DNA from: Bdellovibrionales bacterium
GTDB taxonomy: Bacteria; Bdellovibrionota; Bdellovibrionia; Bdellovibrionales; Bdellovibrionaceae
NCBI GenBank assembly: GCA_031370005.1
Contig: JANMPT010000110.1
Location: forward strand, 64,001-128,000
Length of the DNA stretch: 64,000 bases
Reading direction: 5' to 3'
In this document: piece by piece, positions 40,361 to 48,609 of the stretch
Numbering within the stretch: position 1 is the first letter of the stretch
How the letters are laid out: every line of letters starts with the position of its first letter
The notes under the pieces: generated by a model
Database searches by the model: none
The model's input: only the letters and a program-made list of their open reading frames with translations
What the model was told of the DNA's origin: nothing
Position numbers and translations under genes: made by a program

Positions 40361-41514
40361 GGGTTCTGTTGAATTCTGAGTTCGTTTATTTTTTGACTCA
40401 AGTCGACATTTAATCTCTCAAGAGATTGAACAGCTGACTTGAGCTTTTCAGTTTCCTCTAGCTTAGAGTTCCACATATAGCGCAAGCTGTCTAATTGTTC
40501 GCTGAGGTCTTGTTTTTCTTTTTGGAAAGTTTTGATTTGAGCTTCGTTGTCAATTGCTAAAACTTGAAGGTCAGCATGCTCAATTTCTAAGCGTTGATTA
40601 GTGCGGTGAAGTTCTGAACTCTTTTCTTGAAGACGCAGAATCTCTTGCTCAAGATGGGCTTTAATTTCCTCTTTGGAGCGCTTAATTTCAACCACTTGAT
40701 TCTCGAGTTCGTCCTGTTTTTCAAGAGCTTTATTGAGACGCAGCGCTTTGAGTTCAAGCTCACTATTAAGCTCTTTCAGGTTGCGAAGTTCAACAGATTG
40801 ACTTTCGATCTGTTGTTCATAGTACTGAATCATTTCTTGAGAGTGTTTATCATGAAGTTCAATTTGCATTCGTGAAGCTTTGGTAACTTCCATGATTTGA
40901 TATCGAAGATTACTAAGCTGAGCTTCAGCGTGGGAGTTATCTTGCGTCAGCTGCTGTGTTTTCTCCTCAAGATTACGTGAGTGTTCTTTAAGTTGATGAA
41001 TATAAGGCTTTACTTGAGTTTTAATGCGCTCATGGTACTTGTGATAGCGATCCACCTCCATCACCAGCTTTTCTACTTTGATTTGAAGGGCACTGGCTTT
41101 TTCAAGTTGGATGTCTTTTTCTTTTTCAGCGTGTTGAAGTTTTTGCTTCCAGAGATGGTCTTTTTCTTTGAAAATTAAGATTTGATCGGCCACTGCTGTT
41201 TGAGATAAACGAGCGCTTTGAGCATCTTCTGAGAGTTTTTGGTTTTCATTTTCAAACAGGGCGAGGCGCCGAAGTGCCACTTTAAGGCGAGTTGCTAAGT
41301 CTTCATTTTGAGAAATAAGACTTTCGATACTGGATGATTTTAAGATGTCCTTGGGAAGAAGCGCATAGTTAAACGCAGTGGGCATTTCATCAGGAAGGGG
41401 GGTATTCTCTACACCACGTTGATGACTGCGCTGAGCTAGAGGGCTGGCCTGTGTCGTATCTTCCTCGAAACCTAGGTTCTGTAACTTAATATTTTGAAAA
41501 GACTCAAGGTCCAT
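40357..41514 (-). CDS. Long coiled-coil protein
   Basis: Heptad-rich E/Q/K/L sequence with no ATPase motif. Confidence 0.8.
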   Translation of the reverse strand: MDLESFQNIKLQNLGFEEDTTQASPLAQRSHQRGVENTPLPDEMPTAFNYALLPKDILKSSSIESLISQNEDLATRLKVALRRLALFENENQKLSEDAQSARLSQTAVADQILIFKEKDHLWKQKLQHAEKEKDIQLEKASALQIKVEKLVMEVDRYHKYHERIKTQVKPYIHQLKEHSRNLEEKTQQLTQDNSHAEAQLSNLRYQIMEVTKASRMQIELHDKHSQEMIQYYEQQIESQSVELRNLKELNSELELKALRLNKALEKQDELENQVVEIKRSKEEIKAHLEQEILRLQEKSSELHRTNQRLEIEHADLQVLAIDNEAQIKTFQKEKQDLSEQLDSLRYMWNSKLEETEKLKSAVQSLERLNVDLSQKINELRIQQNP

Positions 41515-41653
41515 AGAAACTCCTCCATGAGATCCAAGGCGCGGCCCTTGGTATAGTTTCTCAAAAGATTGAAGAAAATGTCAAAACTTTAGGCTGGCTC
41601 GGGCTGGGAACTGGACTTAGTTCCAGAGCAGAATGAGGACCATTGAGAATGGC

Positions 41654-41680
41654 TAAAGGTCCTGGAAATTAATCCGAAAA
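41654..41680 (+). promoter_or_regulatory. Putative sigma-28 (FliA) promoter
   Basis: TAAA-N15-TCCGAAAA, 9 nt before the ATG. Confidence 0.55.
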
Positions 41681-41689
41681 GTAATAGGT

Positions 41690-42259
41690 ATGGCAGTAGT
41701 TCTTCACGAAGATAAGAGCAAAGAAGAGGCTAAGTTGTTTAGCGATACCGGGATTGGGCGCACTGATCTAGGTGAGCCGGACTCTTTGCGCTATCGTGTT
41801 TTGGCCATGGTCTTGGATGAGCGCTACGATGGAGCAATTAATGAGTTGAAGGACTTCATTGAACAGCCGTCAGACTATCCTGATTTCAAAGAACGCACGA
41901 GTAGGCTCATCAATCATAGTATTGATTTGATTTATGCTATTAAGGCAAAGCGAAGTTTTCCTGGAATTTCATCTTTAACGCGTGCAAAGCAGCAAGAGCT
42001 TCGTGAAAAATTCAAAGTGCACCTCAGAGAGCTTCAGCTTTCGATTAAAAAGATTGAAAAAAATCTGACTGATCTCCGGGTTTCTGATGCCCGATCGACG
42101 ATTTATGTAGTGAAGGCCACGTGGTACTCTATCGTTGCTATTACAGCTTTGGGATTTGCTTTGGAAATTTCAAATGGTCTTGCGAAGACCACTTTTTATG
42201 TTCTTGATGATACAATCACTAGAACTAGCGATTGGCTACTTCGTCTCATTAATCTTTAG
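41690..42259 (+). CDS. Hypothetical protein with C-terminal TM helix
   Basis: 189-aa ORF. Confidence 0.75.
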   Translation: MAVVLHEDKSKEEAKLFSDTGIGRTDLGEPDSLRYRVLAMVLDERYDGAINELKDFIEQPSDYPDFKERTSRLINHSIDLIYAIKAKRSFPGISSLTRAKQQELREKFKVHLRELQLSIKKIEKNLTDLRVSDARSTIYVVKATWYSIVAITALGFALEISNGLAKTTFYVLDDTITRTSDWLLRLINL

Positions 42260-44223
42260 AAAGCCACTTTGAGTGGTGACGTTAAAATTGGCCAAGTAGT
42301 TTTTAGTGGAACGCTTTGACCAGAAAAGACTAAGACGCCATATTTTCCGTAATGAAGTATGCGAGGAGCTAGAGCTTCGATATCTGAGCCTCGAATCCAG
42401 GCAAGCAAGAGCTCGGGGTGTGATACTGAACGGGCTAGAATGGCAGTCTTGTTTTCCTGACGTAAATAAGCCGTACCGAATAAAGTGATTTGTTCCTGAC
42501 TTACTTTGAAGTCATGCCCTGGAAGTTCATCTAGCATCAACTTTTCGTATTGAGGAGAGTCTCCTAAAAGGACAATAGAGCCCCGCAAGGGAAGATCCAA
42601 AAGAATTTTATCATCACTGAGTGTGATAGGAGTTTCCAGCGTGGTCAACCAGCTTTGTTGATAGGCAAGTTTCGCTTTTTCGTTGGTGCCCGTAATCCAA
42701 ATATGGCTCGAGCCAAAGACATTGGAAAAACTCAAGGGTCGTTCTTTGATATCAAGATCACGAAAAACGTCAAAATCCGGATCGACCTCAAGGCTCTTGG
42801 GTGGAGTTACAAAAGAAAATTGAAAGCTCTCAAAAGTGGAGCTCATAGTAACTAATTTATTTTGAACCTTCCCATCAGCAAAGCGAAAGCGAACTGGAAT
42901 TTCAAGCTCATAGTTTTTTGGACTTATTTGGTGTAGCTTAAACTTGACTTGATAGTTTTGGTCACTGACTCTGGCAAGAGTCGGATGTAGGAGCCTCAGT
43001 TTTGGGGCCCCGGTGCGATCCAACCACTGCTTAAAAAAAGCAGTTAAATCCTCATCTGCGCTAGCTTCAAAGTTAGTTTCAATTTCTTGATAGCTAATAT
43101 TTTGGCCACGGTAGTTTTGATAAAGATCGCGAAGCCCTTGTTCGAAAGCTGCTGTGCCGAGTCGTTTTTTTAGCATATGAAAGAACATCATACCTTTTGC
43201 ATAGCCGACGGCTTGAGAGCTAAAACTAAAACGTTGTTTAAAATCTCTTAGTGGAAAATCATTGGCTGATTTTGTATAATCCTGGAAGTTCATTAGGTTT
43301 TGGCGGCGATAATCGCGATCTGTATTGAGAACTTCCTGTTGCCAATGATCGGCTAAATAGGTGGTTAATCCTTCGCACCAGTTTCCGCGAGCATAATCAA
43401 CATAAACACTATTGCCCCACCAGTTATGTAGAAGCTCGTGGGGCAATGAGGAGTTTAAAATATAAGGTAAGCGAATGACACTCGAACCTAAAAGGGTAAA
43501 GGCAGGCATTCCAAAGCCAGTTTCCCAGAAATTTTCAATTACTGAAAAGGACTGGTAGGGGAAAGCGCCAAGAGTTTTTTGGTAATGCTTTAGGTATCCC
43601 GGAAGCAAACCAAAGAAGGTCTGGGCAAGTTGAGGTTCGTGGCTACGAAGATAAACCTTGAGTGGGATGCCACTGGGGTTGTTATCCAGTCTATATTCTT
43701 GAAAAGCCCCGGCAATCAAATAAACATCCTGTTGGGGTAGAGCAGTCTGTGATAAAGGCGAAGCAATTTCCCAATTTGGGGGCAGATCACTTTTTGTGAT
43801 CTCATAGGTGACTTTTTCCGAAAAATCAGGAAGCCAATAGGAAGAACCAAAAAGCGCCGCGCCGTCGGTGGAGATTAAGCCAGAGGTATTATTATTTGTG
43901 ATAGGGTCAAAGATCATCCCTGAATATTGAAGGCTGACAAATTGATCTGTAGAGCCCGTTTGCAATTCGTATTCGTTATAATTGGAAGCAGGATCTGCGG
44001 ATTGAACTAGATGAAGCTGATCCCCTGGAGAGGTGACTGTTACTTGAAGATTCTTGTTTAATAGAACGCGATATTTTTTAGAAGCAAGAAGCGAGATCCT
44101 GTCAGTAACCATCAGGCTTTTTATTGCAGGCAAGAGAGTCACATCCACGCGGTGGTGGATTGTAGCTAGGGAAATAGAGGAGATAAGGGTCAAGACAAAG
44201 CTGACCAATGTTTTTGAGTTCAT
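42256..44223 (-). CDS. Secreted M1-family zinc aminopeptidase
   Basis: GFGMP, HELLHNWWGN...WCEGL (HEXXH-18-E), GYAKG. Confidence 0.9.
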   Translation of the reverse strand: MNSKTLVSFVLTLISSISLATIHHRVDVTLLPAIKSLMVTDRISLLASKKYRVLLNKNLQVTVTSPGDQLHLVQSADPASNYNEYELQTGSTDQFVSLQYSGMIFDPITNNNTSGLISTDGAALFGSSYWLPDFSEKVTYEITKSDLPPNWEIASPLSQTALPQQDVYLIAGAFQEYRLDNNPSGIPLKVYLRSHEPQLAQTFFGLLPGYLKHYQKTLGAFPYQSFSVIENFWETGFGMPAFTLLGSSVIRLPYILNSSLPHELLHNWWGNSVYVDYARGNWCEGLTTYLADHWQQEVLNTDRDYRRQNLMNFQDYTKSANDFPLRDFKQRFSFSSQAVGYAKGMMFFHMLKKRLGTAAFEQGLRDLYQNYRGQNISYQEIETNFEASADEDLTAFFKQWLDRTGAPKLRLLHPTLARVSDQNYQVKFKLHQISPKNYELEIPVRFRFADGKVQNKLVTMSSTFESFQFSFVTPPKSLEVDPDFDVFRDLDIKERPLSFSNVFGSSHIWITGTNEKAKLAYQQSWLTTLETPITLSDDKILLDLPLRGSIVLLGDSPQYEKLMLDELPGHDFKVSQEQITLFGTAYLRQENKTAILARSVSHPELLLAWIRGSDIEALAPRILHYGKYGVLVFSGQSVPLKTTWPILTSPLKVAF

Positions 44224-44376
44224 TTACTCTTCGAGATTAGGGTTTATTTTTCTGGATGTCTATCAATATATCTATCTTTAAAAGAGGACACCAATAAGCC
44301 AGCTTTCTGTATAGAATAGAATAAAGAAGAAAAGAAGAGAAGAAGAGAAGAAGAGACAGAAAAGGGGGATTTACTT

Positions 44377-44622
44377 ATGGGGCATAACTTTATACGTTCA
44401 CATATGCATGTCAATATTCACCCTGTAGAGCGGTGGGTTCGTATTGTTGGCGGAGCAGTTTTGGTGCTACTTGCTTTTTCTGGTGATCAAATTAGTTCTT
44501 TATATCTTTTCGGAGTAATTCCTCTATTGACTGGTATCATAGGTTTTTGTCCGATCTACTATCTTATTGGCTTAAACACCAACCGTTGGGCTAGAGTTAA
44601 AGTTGATCGTAACAAGAGGTGA
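44377..44622 (+). CDS. DUF2892 (YgaP-like) membrane protein
   Basis: ERWVRIVGG...LLTGIIGFCPIY..G. Confidence 0.85.
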   Translation: MGHNFIRSHMHVNIHPVERWVRIVGGAVLVLLAFSGDQISSLYLFGVIPLLTGIIGFCPIYYLIGLNTNRWARVKVDRNKR

Positions 44623-45930
44623 AATGGGTAAGGTCACCAAGAAGCAGGCCCCCTTGCCGCTGTGATTGTTTTGGATCTCGATGTTCCCATGATGGAGGTC
44701 GACGATCTCTTTTACAAGGGAGAGACCTAAGCCTGTTGAGCTTTCTCCGCCAGTGGGCTGAGCGCTAAGACGTTGGTATCTTTGAAAAGCTTTGTTTTTA
44801 TCATCGTCAGTAAAGCCAGGGCCCTGATCTTCCACTTCGACATAAATGAAGTCTAAATCTTTTCTTAGACGTAGATAGATATCTCCACCCAGCGGAGAAA
44901 ACTTGATTGCATTACCAACTAGATTCATAAAAAGGTCCCAAATTTTTTCAGTCACGCCTTTCATTATGAGAGCTTCTTCGTCATGGTTAAAATGCAATGT
45001 TTGATTTTTTTCAAGAGCCAGCGGCCTTTGCGAAAGACAAATGTTTTCTATACACTTTACCATATCAAAGTCAGAAAAGTGATTCTCGGGCTTGCCTGTG
45101 GTCAGGGCTTTTGAATCTATTAATGAATTTACCAACTCTAGAGTTTGCATTGAAACTTGGCGAATGATGCCTGTCATCTCTAGAACAGTGGCGTGACTGG
45201 GATCTTTCGATATAAGGTCTGCTAAGCTCCGAATAGAGCCAAGTGGATTCCGCAGATCATGAGCTGTGGTCTTAAGAAGATGAGTTTTTGAAAGATTGGC
45301 CTGTTCTAACTCAAAATTGGCTTTACTGATAGAGTGAATCGCTTCACTGAGAGTTTGCTCGGTATGGTGCCTCTTGCGAAAGTCTATTATCCAAATATAG
45401 GCGATAAAGCAGAGTAGGAGTATATCGCTTAGTGATGCCCACAATGCCAGTTGTCGGTTTTTTTTATTTTGAATTAGATTACTTCTAAGATAGCCTTTTA
45501 ACAGGCTTTCCTCGGTCTCATCAATTTTGAGTAGGCTCTGGCGAATGGACTCTTCTTGATTTTCAGAAAAACCAGTGAATTCAGGGGAGCTTCCAGATTT
45601 TGTTAATAAGTTTGAAAGCCTCTCAACTTCGGCTTGTTGAGCGGGGTTTGTAATGATGATAGTTTTTAAATTCGAAATATGGGTTTGCAGTCTATGGGCG
45701 ATACTCTCTTGTTGGGCAGGAGTTTTTTTTTCTGAGTTCTGTTGAAGTCTTTCAAAATCCCGAGAGACCTTATTCGACTCATCAATTATTTTATAACTGA
45801 GGTCAATCATTTGCCTTGCGGAGTCAGTGAGGGCCGATTGTTGTACAGTTATGAAGTCAAAGGAGCTAGCAAGTGCGACCATAAGCGCTAGTGTCAGCCA
45901 AAAACCATTTTTTAGTGAAAACAGGTTCAT
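44572..45930 (-). CDS. Membrane sensor histidine kinase
   Basis: Two TM helices, AHDLRNPL, NLVGNAIKFS, DQGPG, GLGL. Confidence 0.95.
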   Translation of the reverse strand: MNLFSLKNGFWLTLALMVALASSFDFITVQQSALTDSARQMIDLSYKIIDESNKVSRDFERLQQNSEKKTPAQQESIAHRLQTHISNLKTIIITNPAQQAEVERLSNLLTKSGSSPEFTGFSENQEESIRQSLLKIDETEESLLKGYLRSNLIQNKKNRQLALWASLSDILLLCFIAYIWIIDFRKRHHTEQTLSEAIHSISKANFELEQANLSKTHLLKTTAHDLRNPLGSIRSLADLISKDPSHATVLEMTGIIRQVSMQTLELVNSLIDSKALTTGKPENHFSDFDMVKCIENICLSQRPLALEKNQTLHFNHDEEALIMKGVTEKIWDLFMNLVGNAIKFSPLGGDIYLRLRKDLDFIYVEVEDQGPGFTDDDKNKAFQRYQRLSAQPTGGESSTGLGLSLVKEIVDLHHGNIEIQNNHSGKGACFLVTLPISPLVTINFNSSPTVGV

Positions 45931-46069
45931 AGTTCTTTTCCTTTTTTATAAGGATGAAGAGTGCGCAACATAACAATGGGTGGGCTTAAACTCAAGTGCT
46001 CAAGTGGAGATTTTCATGCAATTTTGCTCTAGACCTAGTTAAGTAAGTTCGAGCGGTTTTGTTGAGAAG

Positions 46070-46143
46070 TGGTGGCCCCACCGAGAATCGAACTCGGACA
46101 TCCTTGCGGATACTGGATTTTGAGTCCAGCGCGTCTACCAATT
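46070..46143 (-). repeat. Intron-less 3' fragment of tRNA-Leu(CAA), att-like site
   Basis: AATTGGTAGACGCGCTGGACTCAAAATCCAG...GGGGCCACCA; lacks the first 13 nt of a tRNA; 23-bp block 46121-46143 is identical to 47282-47304. Confidence 0.9.
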
Positions 46144-46222
46144 ATCGACAAAAGTATTGAAATGACTTGGAAAAGTCAAAAAGAAAATCCGTTAGCCTTT
46201 TGGGCTAATCCTTAGCCCTTTG

Positions 46223-46253
46223 GAACCCCCTGAGTATTCTCAGGGGGTTTTTT
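46223..46253 (+). terminator. Strong hairpin, possible terminator
   Basis: AACCCCCTGAG-TATT-CTCAGGGGGTT followed by T run. Confidence 0.6.
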
Positions 46254-46317
46254 ATACTTAAAACCTGCTAATCTTTTTGCTTGCCTTATTTGTAGCTTAT
46301 ATGCTACATTCAAAAAT

Positions 46318-46656
46318 GTGGAAGCTAAACCTCGTCGTATTCGCATCTATGAAACCGAAAATGGCAAACGGCCATTTGAAGAATGGGTTAAGGACCTAAG
46401 AGACCTGCCCACGGTTCGCAGAATTCAGGCCCGCCTTGCGGGCGTGAGTGCTGGAAATCTGGGTGATGTGAAATCTGTTGGTGAAGGTGTTAGTGAGTTG
46501 AGGTTGGCTTTCGGGCCAGGGTATCGGGTTTATTTCGGTGCCGTTGGTAATGAACTGATTATCCTACTGTGTGGTGGTGATAAAAGTTCGCAGGATAAAG
46601 ATATAAAAAAGGCTAAAGAATTTTGGTCTGATTACAGGAGCAAGAACCATGAATGA
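46318..46656 (+). CDS. RelE/ParE-family addiction module toxin
   Basis: GNLGDVKSVGEGVSELRLAFGPGYRVYF...LLCGGDKSSQ; upstream palindrome TGTAGC-N6-GCTACA (46291-46308). Confidence 0.92.
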   Translation: MEAKPRRIRIYETENGKRPFEEWVKDLRDLPTVRRIQARLAGVSAGNLGDVKSVGEGVSELRLAFGPGYRVYFGAVGNELIILLCGGDKSSQDKDIKKAKEFWSDYRSKNHE

Positions 46657-46960
46657 AAAAGCAAGTCGTTCTTATGATGAGTGGGTTGTTGAATCACTGA
46701 AAGGTGATGAAAAAGCCCAAGCGGAGTATGTTCAGACTACGATTGAGGACAACCAAGGTTTTCCTAAAGCAATTCTGGTTGCCCTTCGCCATGTGGCAGA
46801 GGCTCGTGGTTTTAAGAACTTCGCCGATGAAACAAAACTCAACCGTGAGACACTTTATAAAACATTGTCTGAAGACGGAAACCCCACCTTGGAGAGCCTT
46901 ACAAAAATGCTTGATGTGTTGGGGCTTGATATTTCGGTAAAACCTAAAAGAGCCAGTTAA
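46649..46960 (+). CDS. Addiction module antitoxin (HTH)
   Basis: ALRHVAEARG...LNRETLYKTLSEDGNPTL. Confidence 0.92.
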   Translation: MNEKASRSYDEWVVESLKGDEKAQAEYVQTTIEDNQGFPKAILVALRHVAEARGFKNFADETKLNRETLYKTLSEDGNPTLESLTKMLDVLGLDISVKPKRAS

Positions 46961-46971
46961 GAAGTTTAAAA

Positions 46972-47317
46972 TGGTGGCCCCGGGGAGAATCGAACTCCCA
47001 CGTCCTTACGGACACTGGATTTTCTTACCACTCTGGTTTTCACCAGCTCTTGTTAAAGAGTTTGTGGTCTGGACTATGCCTTGACCGTGAAGCCTTACAG
47101 CTCGTTAGGTCCCGCTCGTCTAGTCTCTACACCTTCCGAAGAGATTTCTCTCTAAGGCTTGGCTCGGCATTAGCAGTCTAATTTTACTTAGATTAAGCCT
47201 TCACCGAATTTGGGCGGTTCTACTCCGAGGGTTTCCCCAAGGGCACTCAAGTTATGCTGACTTTTTATGAGGTCAGCGGTCTGAGTCCAGCGCGTCTACC
47301 AATTCCACCACAGGGCC
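46972..47317 (-). tRNA. tRNA-Leu(CAA), 87 nt spliced; exons 47283-47317 and 46972-47023
   Basis: Joined exons give GGCCCTG/CGGGGCC acceptor stem, CTGGA-CTCAAAA-TCCAG anticodon arm, long variable arm, GGGAG-TTCGATT-CTCCC T arm, ACCA end. Confidence 0.93.
47024..47282 (-). ncRNA. Group I self-splicing intron, 259 nt, no ORF
   Basis: Core elements AAATTCGGTGAA (P), AATGCCGAGC (Q), GTAGAGACTAGA (R), AAGGCATAGTCC (S); terminal G; guide TTGAGT complementary to the 5' exon end. Confidence 0.92.
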
Positions 47318-47460
47318 ATTTACTAATAGATGACATATCTTGTAATGGAAAACAGTGGCTCCATTCAAGCTGTTTTTAGTTGTTCTTGAATCAAGGAGGC
47401 AGTGAGTTATGATGAGGGCTAATTGGGAGGGCCCTCAAATTAGAAAATGTGCGCTCTTTG

Positions 47461-48549
47461 CTAGGTTTTTTCGGCTACAAGTAAGCCGTGATGCATGGGT
47501 AATTTACTAACTTTTATTTTTGAGAAACCGGCCTTTCGAATTAACTGTAGATACTCGTTCCAAGTATAGAGCATGCCCTCTCCCGTGGCGAGGGTGAGGA
47601 AATAGGGAGAGCCCATGGAGGCCGACATGGGGCCAGTCTCATTATTATTTTGCATCATATTGAAAATGACTAATTTGCCACCATCGGGCAATGTATTGTA
47701 GACGTTTTGAATAAGTTTATAATTTTTTTCCAGGGACCAAATCGTTAAAAAATGACAGAGAATGAAACAGTCCGGGCCCTTGGGAAGGGGGTCGTGGAAA
47801 CAATTCCCTTCGTACGCAGTGAGCCGAGTGCTAAGGCCATGATTTTTAAAGTTGTCACGCGCAAGTGCAGCAACACTTGGCGAGTCAAAGACGCCACCCT
47901 TTAAATGCTCATTAGCTTTCACTAGTTTCATAATATTTTCGCCGGCTCCACCGCCGATATCAACTGCAAATTTTGTATTTGAAAGGTCCAAATTTTCTAA
48001 TAGTTGCTGGTTTGCTTGACGAGAAATATCCTCCATAGCTAACTGGAAAACTTGTTCAAGTTCAGGGTGTGAAGCCAATCGCTCATAGAGCGTGGTTCCA
48101 TTTCCTGGAAATTCTTTAAGCCCAACATTTGTATTTTGTAGAATGGATTCGTAAAAATAAGGCATCGCCTTATAATTTATAAAATTCTGCCAATTTACTA
48201 TATTATTAATGCATTTTGGACTGGATGATACGAAAGAAATTTCAGCAAGTTTTGAATTATAATAGAACTCACCTTTCTTTTTGAGCAAGTTCAGAGACGT
48301 GAGGCCTAAAAGAAGTATACGACAAGGCTTTTCTTCAATTTTTAAGAGACCAGCGAGTTCATCCTTGGTTATTCTCTTGCGTGAATTGATAATGTCAAAT
48401 ACGCCTAAGCGAACTGCGGCAGCTAAAGTTTGAAAATAAATATGCCCACTGAGAACTAAATACAGCTCACGAATTTTATTTCTAAATAATACTTTTTCAA
48501 ATACGTAGACAGCAATAAAGGTCCTAAAAATTCTAACTAAATGTCTCAT
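47461..48549 (-). CDS. O-methyltransferase (Methyltransf_2 with dimerisation domain)
   Basis: AAVRLGVFD, VDIGGGAG, GNCFHDPLP, LPDGGKLVI. Confidence 0.9.
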   Translation of the reverse strand: MRHLVRIFRTFIAVYVFEKVLFRNKIRELYLVLSGHIYFQTLAAAVRLGVFDIINSRKRITKDELAGLLKIEEKPCRILLLGLTSLNLLKKKGEFYYNSKLAEISFVSSSPKCINNIVNWQNFINYKAMPYFYESILQNTNVGLKEFPGNGTTLYERLASHPELEQVFQLAMEDISRQANQQLLENLDLSNTKFAVDIGGGAGENIMKLVKANEHLKGGVFDSPSVAALARDNFKNHGLSTRLTAYEGNCFHDPLPKGPDCFILCHFLTIWSLEKNYKLIQNVYNTLPDGGKLVIFNMMQNNNETGPMSASMGSPYFLTLATGEGMLYTWNEYLQLIRKAGFSKIKVSKLPMHHGLLVAEKT

Positions 48550-48609
48550 GTCAGCTCCTTGCGGTAGGCTATATGGAAACGATATGAACTCAAGTTCAAA
48601 AAATTATTA

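Noticed and set aside
40357..41514. Coiled-coil protein as another SMC-like defence ATPase
   Set aside because: No Walker motifs, and it lies among core genes.
46070..46143. Second functional tRNA-Leu gene
   Set aside because: The 5' acceptor strand and start of the D arm are missing, so it is treated as an att-like fragment.
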